A stretch of DNA of 24,000 bases from assembly GCA_945870205.1 (NCBI GenBank), contig CAMBRI010000009.1, positions 6,287 through 30,286 of the forward strand, read 5' to 3'. A program made the translations under genes and the position numbers. Source of the stretch: Sulfuritalea hydrogenivorans sk43H. GTDB lineage: Bacteria; Pseudomonadota; Gammaproteobacteria; Burkholderiales; Rhodocyclaceae. How positions within the stretch are numbered: the first letter of the stretch is position 1; every line of letters begins with the position of its first letter. Below the pieces are notes generated by a model. It did no database searches, was not told the DNA's origin, and saw nothing but the letters and a program-made list of their open reading frames with translations. Below are positions 22,458 to 24,000 of the stretch, piece after piece.

Positions 22458-22605
22458 CTCACCACAGAGACACAGAGGCACAGAGAAAGCCAAAGAATCA
22501 ATGGCTTGCCGATTCGATACCCATCACCCCACGGGTGAGTGCATGAAACACGGCAAGCACTTGTTTTTCCTCTGTGTCCTCTGTGCCTCTGTGGTTCAAC
22601 TGAGG
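22458..22605. repeat. ~150-bp nested palindromic element built on CACAGAG heptads
   Basis: The outer arm ccacagagacacagaggcacagag (22462-22485) matches the reverse complement of cctctgtgtcctctgtgcctctgtgg (22569-22594) with one indel and one mismatch. Outermost pair cctca/tgagg. Inner perfect 8-bp pair gcttgccg (22504-22511) / cggcaagc (22551-22558). Innermost hairpin tcaccc-cac-gggtga (22524-22538). It lies between convergent genes. Confidence 0.7.
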
Positions 22606-22614
22606 TTTTAAGGA

Positions 22615-23109
22615 TCAATGCTTGGAACGGCGCCCGCTATCGAGCTTGCGCCACTGCCCGGGGCGCTTGGCCTTGTCCACCGCCGCCTTGGGCTTGGGCA
22701 CCAGCATGTTCCGGCCAGGGCCTTTCAGGAAGGTCCGGTGCGCCAGAATTGCGGCGCTCACCGTTTCCGTCGCCAGCCGGATCGCCGTGCCTTCGACCTT
22801 GGGTGCGTAGCCGGCAAGCTCCTGCTTGATGGCGAGCAGGCGTTCCGCGGGCTCGGCCTTTCGCTTGCGCGGCACTCCGGCCATGAACTCCATCGCTTCC
22901 GGGGTCAGCGTGAAACGGCCGGCCTCTTCGCTGATCAACCCGTTGGTGGACAGCCGCAGAAACGCCGCCGCCATATCCACGTCGAGTGGAATCGAGCCGT
23001 GCAGCAGGTCCGCCGCCGCCATGATTTCGGCGAGTTCCGCCGCGCGGCGCTTGGAAGCGAGCGCGGTCGCCATCAGAAGAAGTACATCCACATCATGGAT
23101 CGGGTGCAT
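22615..23109 (-). CDS. Hypothetical protein, no family recognised
   Basis: 164-aa ORF with an ATG start and a weak AAAGG SD. Helical Ala/Leu-rich N-terminal half, and a lysine/arginine-rich tail (KPKAAVDKAKRPGQWRKLDSGRRSKH). Coding status rests on length and position only. Confidence 0.5.
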   Translation of the reverse strand: MHPIHDVDVLLLMATALASKRRAAELAEIMAAADLLHGSIPLDVDMAAAFLRLSTNGLISEEAGRFTLTPEAMEFMAGVPRKRKAEPAERLLAIKQELAGYAPKVEGTAIRLATETVSAAILAHRTFLKGPGRNMLVPKPKAAVDKAKRPGQWRKLDSGRRSKH

Positions 23110-23130
23110 GCAATAACCTTTGAATGAGAC

Positions 23131-23155
23131 AAAACAGCCACTGCCTGGCAGCGGC
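23131..23155 (-). terminator. Probable intrinsic terminator after the GST gene
   Basis: The minus strand reads gccgctg-ccagg-cagtggc followed by tgttttgtctc. The stem has one mismatch. Confidence 0.45.
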
Positions 23156-23172
23156 GCGAGGGAACGCGCGAT

Positions 23173-23859
23173 CTAGGCCGACATGACGACCGGACCGCCC
23201 TTGGCGATGGCGCGCTGATAAGCGGGCCGGGCGACCATTCTGGCCTGGTAGGCCTGCAGCCGCGGATAGCGTCCGTTGCCGGCGCGCGACAGAGCGGCCT
23301 CGACGGCAAAACTCATCTGGAAATCCGCCACCGTCATCTGTTCGCCGGCAAACCACGCGTGCGTCGCCAGGTGCTCTTCCATGAATTTCATGGCCGTTGC
23401 CACGTTCGGGTCGACCAGTTTCGCCAGCACGCCGCTGCAGATCTTGCGCGCAATCGGCCGCACGAAAAACGGCATCGGCTGCTTCGGAATGCTCATGAAC
23501 ACCAGCTTCATCACCAGCCAGTTCATCAATGAGCCTTCGGCATAATGCATCCAGAAGCGGCACTGCCGGTACTGCGGCGTACCAGCAGCGGGTTGCAGGT
23601 TTGCCACGTCGCCCCGGCCCTGGTCGCCATAACGCTCAACCAGATATTCGAGTATCGCGCCCGACTCGGCAATCGTCAGGTCGCCGTCGCTAATCACTGG
23701 CGACTTGCCCAGCGGATGTACGGCGCGCAGTTCGGGCGGCGCCAGACGCGTAACCGGGTTGCGCTGGTAGCGCTTGATTTCGTAAGGCACGCCGAGCTCT
23801 TCGAGCAGCCACAGGACACGCTGCGAGCGCGAGGTTTCGAGATGATGGACGGTGATCAT
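23173..23859 (-). CDS. Glutathione S-transferase family protein
   Basis: I place the start at the ATG at 23859 (MITVHHLETSRSQRVLWLLEELGVPYEIKRYQR), a typical GST N-terminal thioredoxin-fold start. It is followed by GKSPVI and an alpha-helical C-terminal domain. The track ORF extends to 23925. Confidence 0.85.
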   Translation of the reverse strand: MITVHHLETSRSQRVLWLLEELGVPYEIKRYQRNPVTRLAPPELRAVHPLGKSPVISDGDLTIAESGAILEYLVERYGDQGRGDVANLQPAAGTPQYRQCRFWMHYAEGSLMNWLVMKLVFMSIPKQPMPFFVRPIARKICSGVLAKLVDPNVATAMKFMEEHLATHAWFAGEQMTVADFQMSFAVEAALSRAGNGRYPRLQAYQARMVARPAYQRAIAKGGPVVMSA

Positions 23860-24000
23860 GCTGCCAAGTATAGACAGCGCTACCGACCGACGCCGGAAAA
23901 CATTCGCCGTTGGTCTCTGGCACATGGGCTGCCCCCCCGCATCGAAAGCCTATGGATCACGTGAAAACCGCATAATTGACCGCTTCACGCCATCGATGCA

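Noticed and set aside
22520-22547. Shared cccatcaccc followed about 10 nt later by gcatgaa, seen both here and at the left end of the 13.3-kb element (13274-13299). This hints that the two palindromic elements are related.
   Set aside because: Random 10-mer matches are expected many times in 24 kb, the intervening bases align only loosely, and I found the match post hoc. It matters only if a genome-wide repeat census links the two families. If it did, it would weaken the target-site-duplication reading of ccccatcacc.
22462-22594. Repeated CACAGAG/CTCTGTG units, considered as a possible CRISPR or tandem array.
   Set aside because: The units are 7-8 nt, directly abutting, with no spacers, and are arranged as two inverted arms. 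This is a palindromic element, not a CRISPR array.

Overview
GC-rich (about 65% in the lines I hand-counted) proteobacterial chromosomal window. I cannot assign taxonomy from sequence alone. Most of it is ordinary signalling and metabolism. The minus strand carries a PAS-GGDEF-EAL protein and an NlpC/P60 lipoprotein. The plus strand carries a Zn-alcohol dehydrogenase translationally coupled to a divergent MetK. Two convergent paralogous hybrid histidine kinases follow: one has a periplasmic CXXCH (DUF3365/Tll0287-like) sensor, the other a Cache-HAMP-PAS-PAS sensor. A minus-strand beta-oxidation operon runs tetR-fadE-thiolase-fadB-like. The window ends with a large DUF342/FapA-family protein, an unrecognised 164-aa protein and a glutathione S-transferase.

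The most interesting region is about 11.75-13.98 kb. The last ~10 codons of the fadB-like gene occur twice as direct repeats that differ only at synonymous positions. These repeats bracket a 2.2-kb, more AT-rich insertion that separates fadB from a YciA-like thioesterase and hybrid kinase it was apparently once coupled to. The islet has no recombinase gene. It carries a wHTH-nucleotidyltransferase plus HEPN-like pair (MntA/HepT-like, apparently leaderless, with Tyr at the position expected for the catalytic His). It also carries a 170-bp MITE-like element with perfect 17-bp terminal inverted repeats and a 10-bp flanking duplication, and a start-less ParE-like toxin relic.

Two further structured palindromic repeat elements lie in intergenic regions at 1839-1935 and 22458-22605. 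Nothing here can be called a new system from sequence alone. All family assignments rest on motif recognition by eye, not on database searches.
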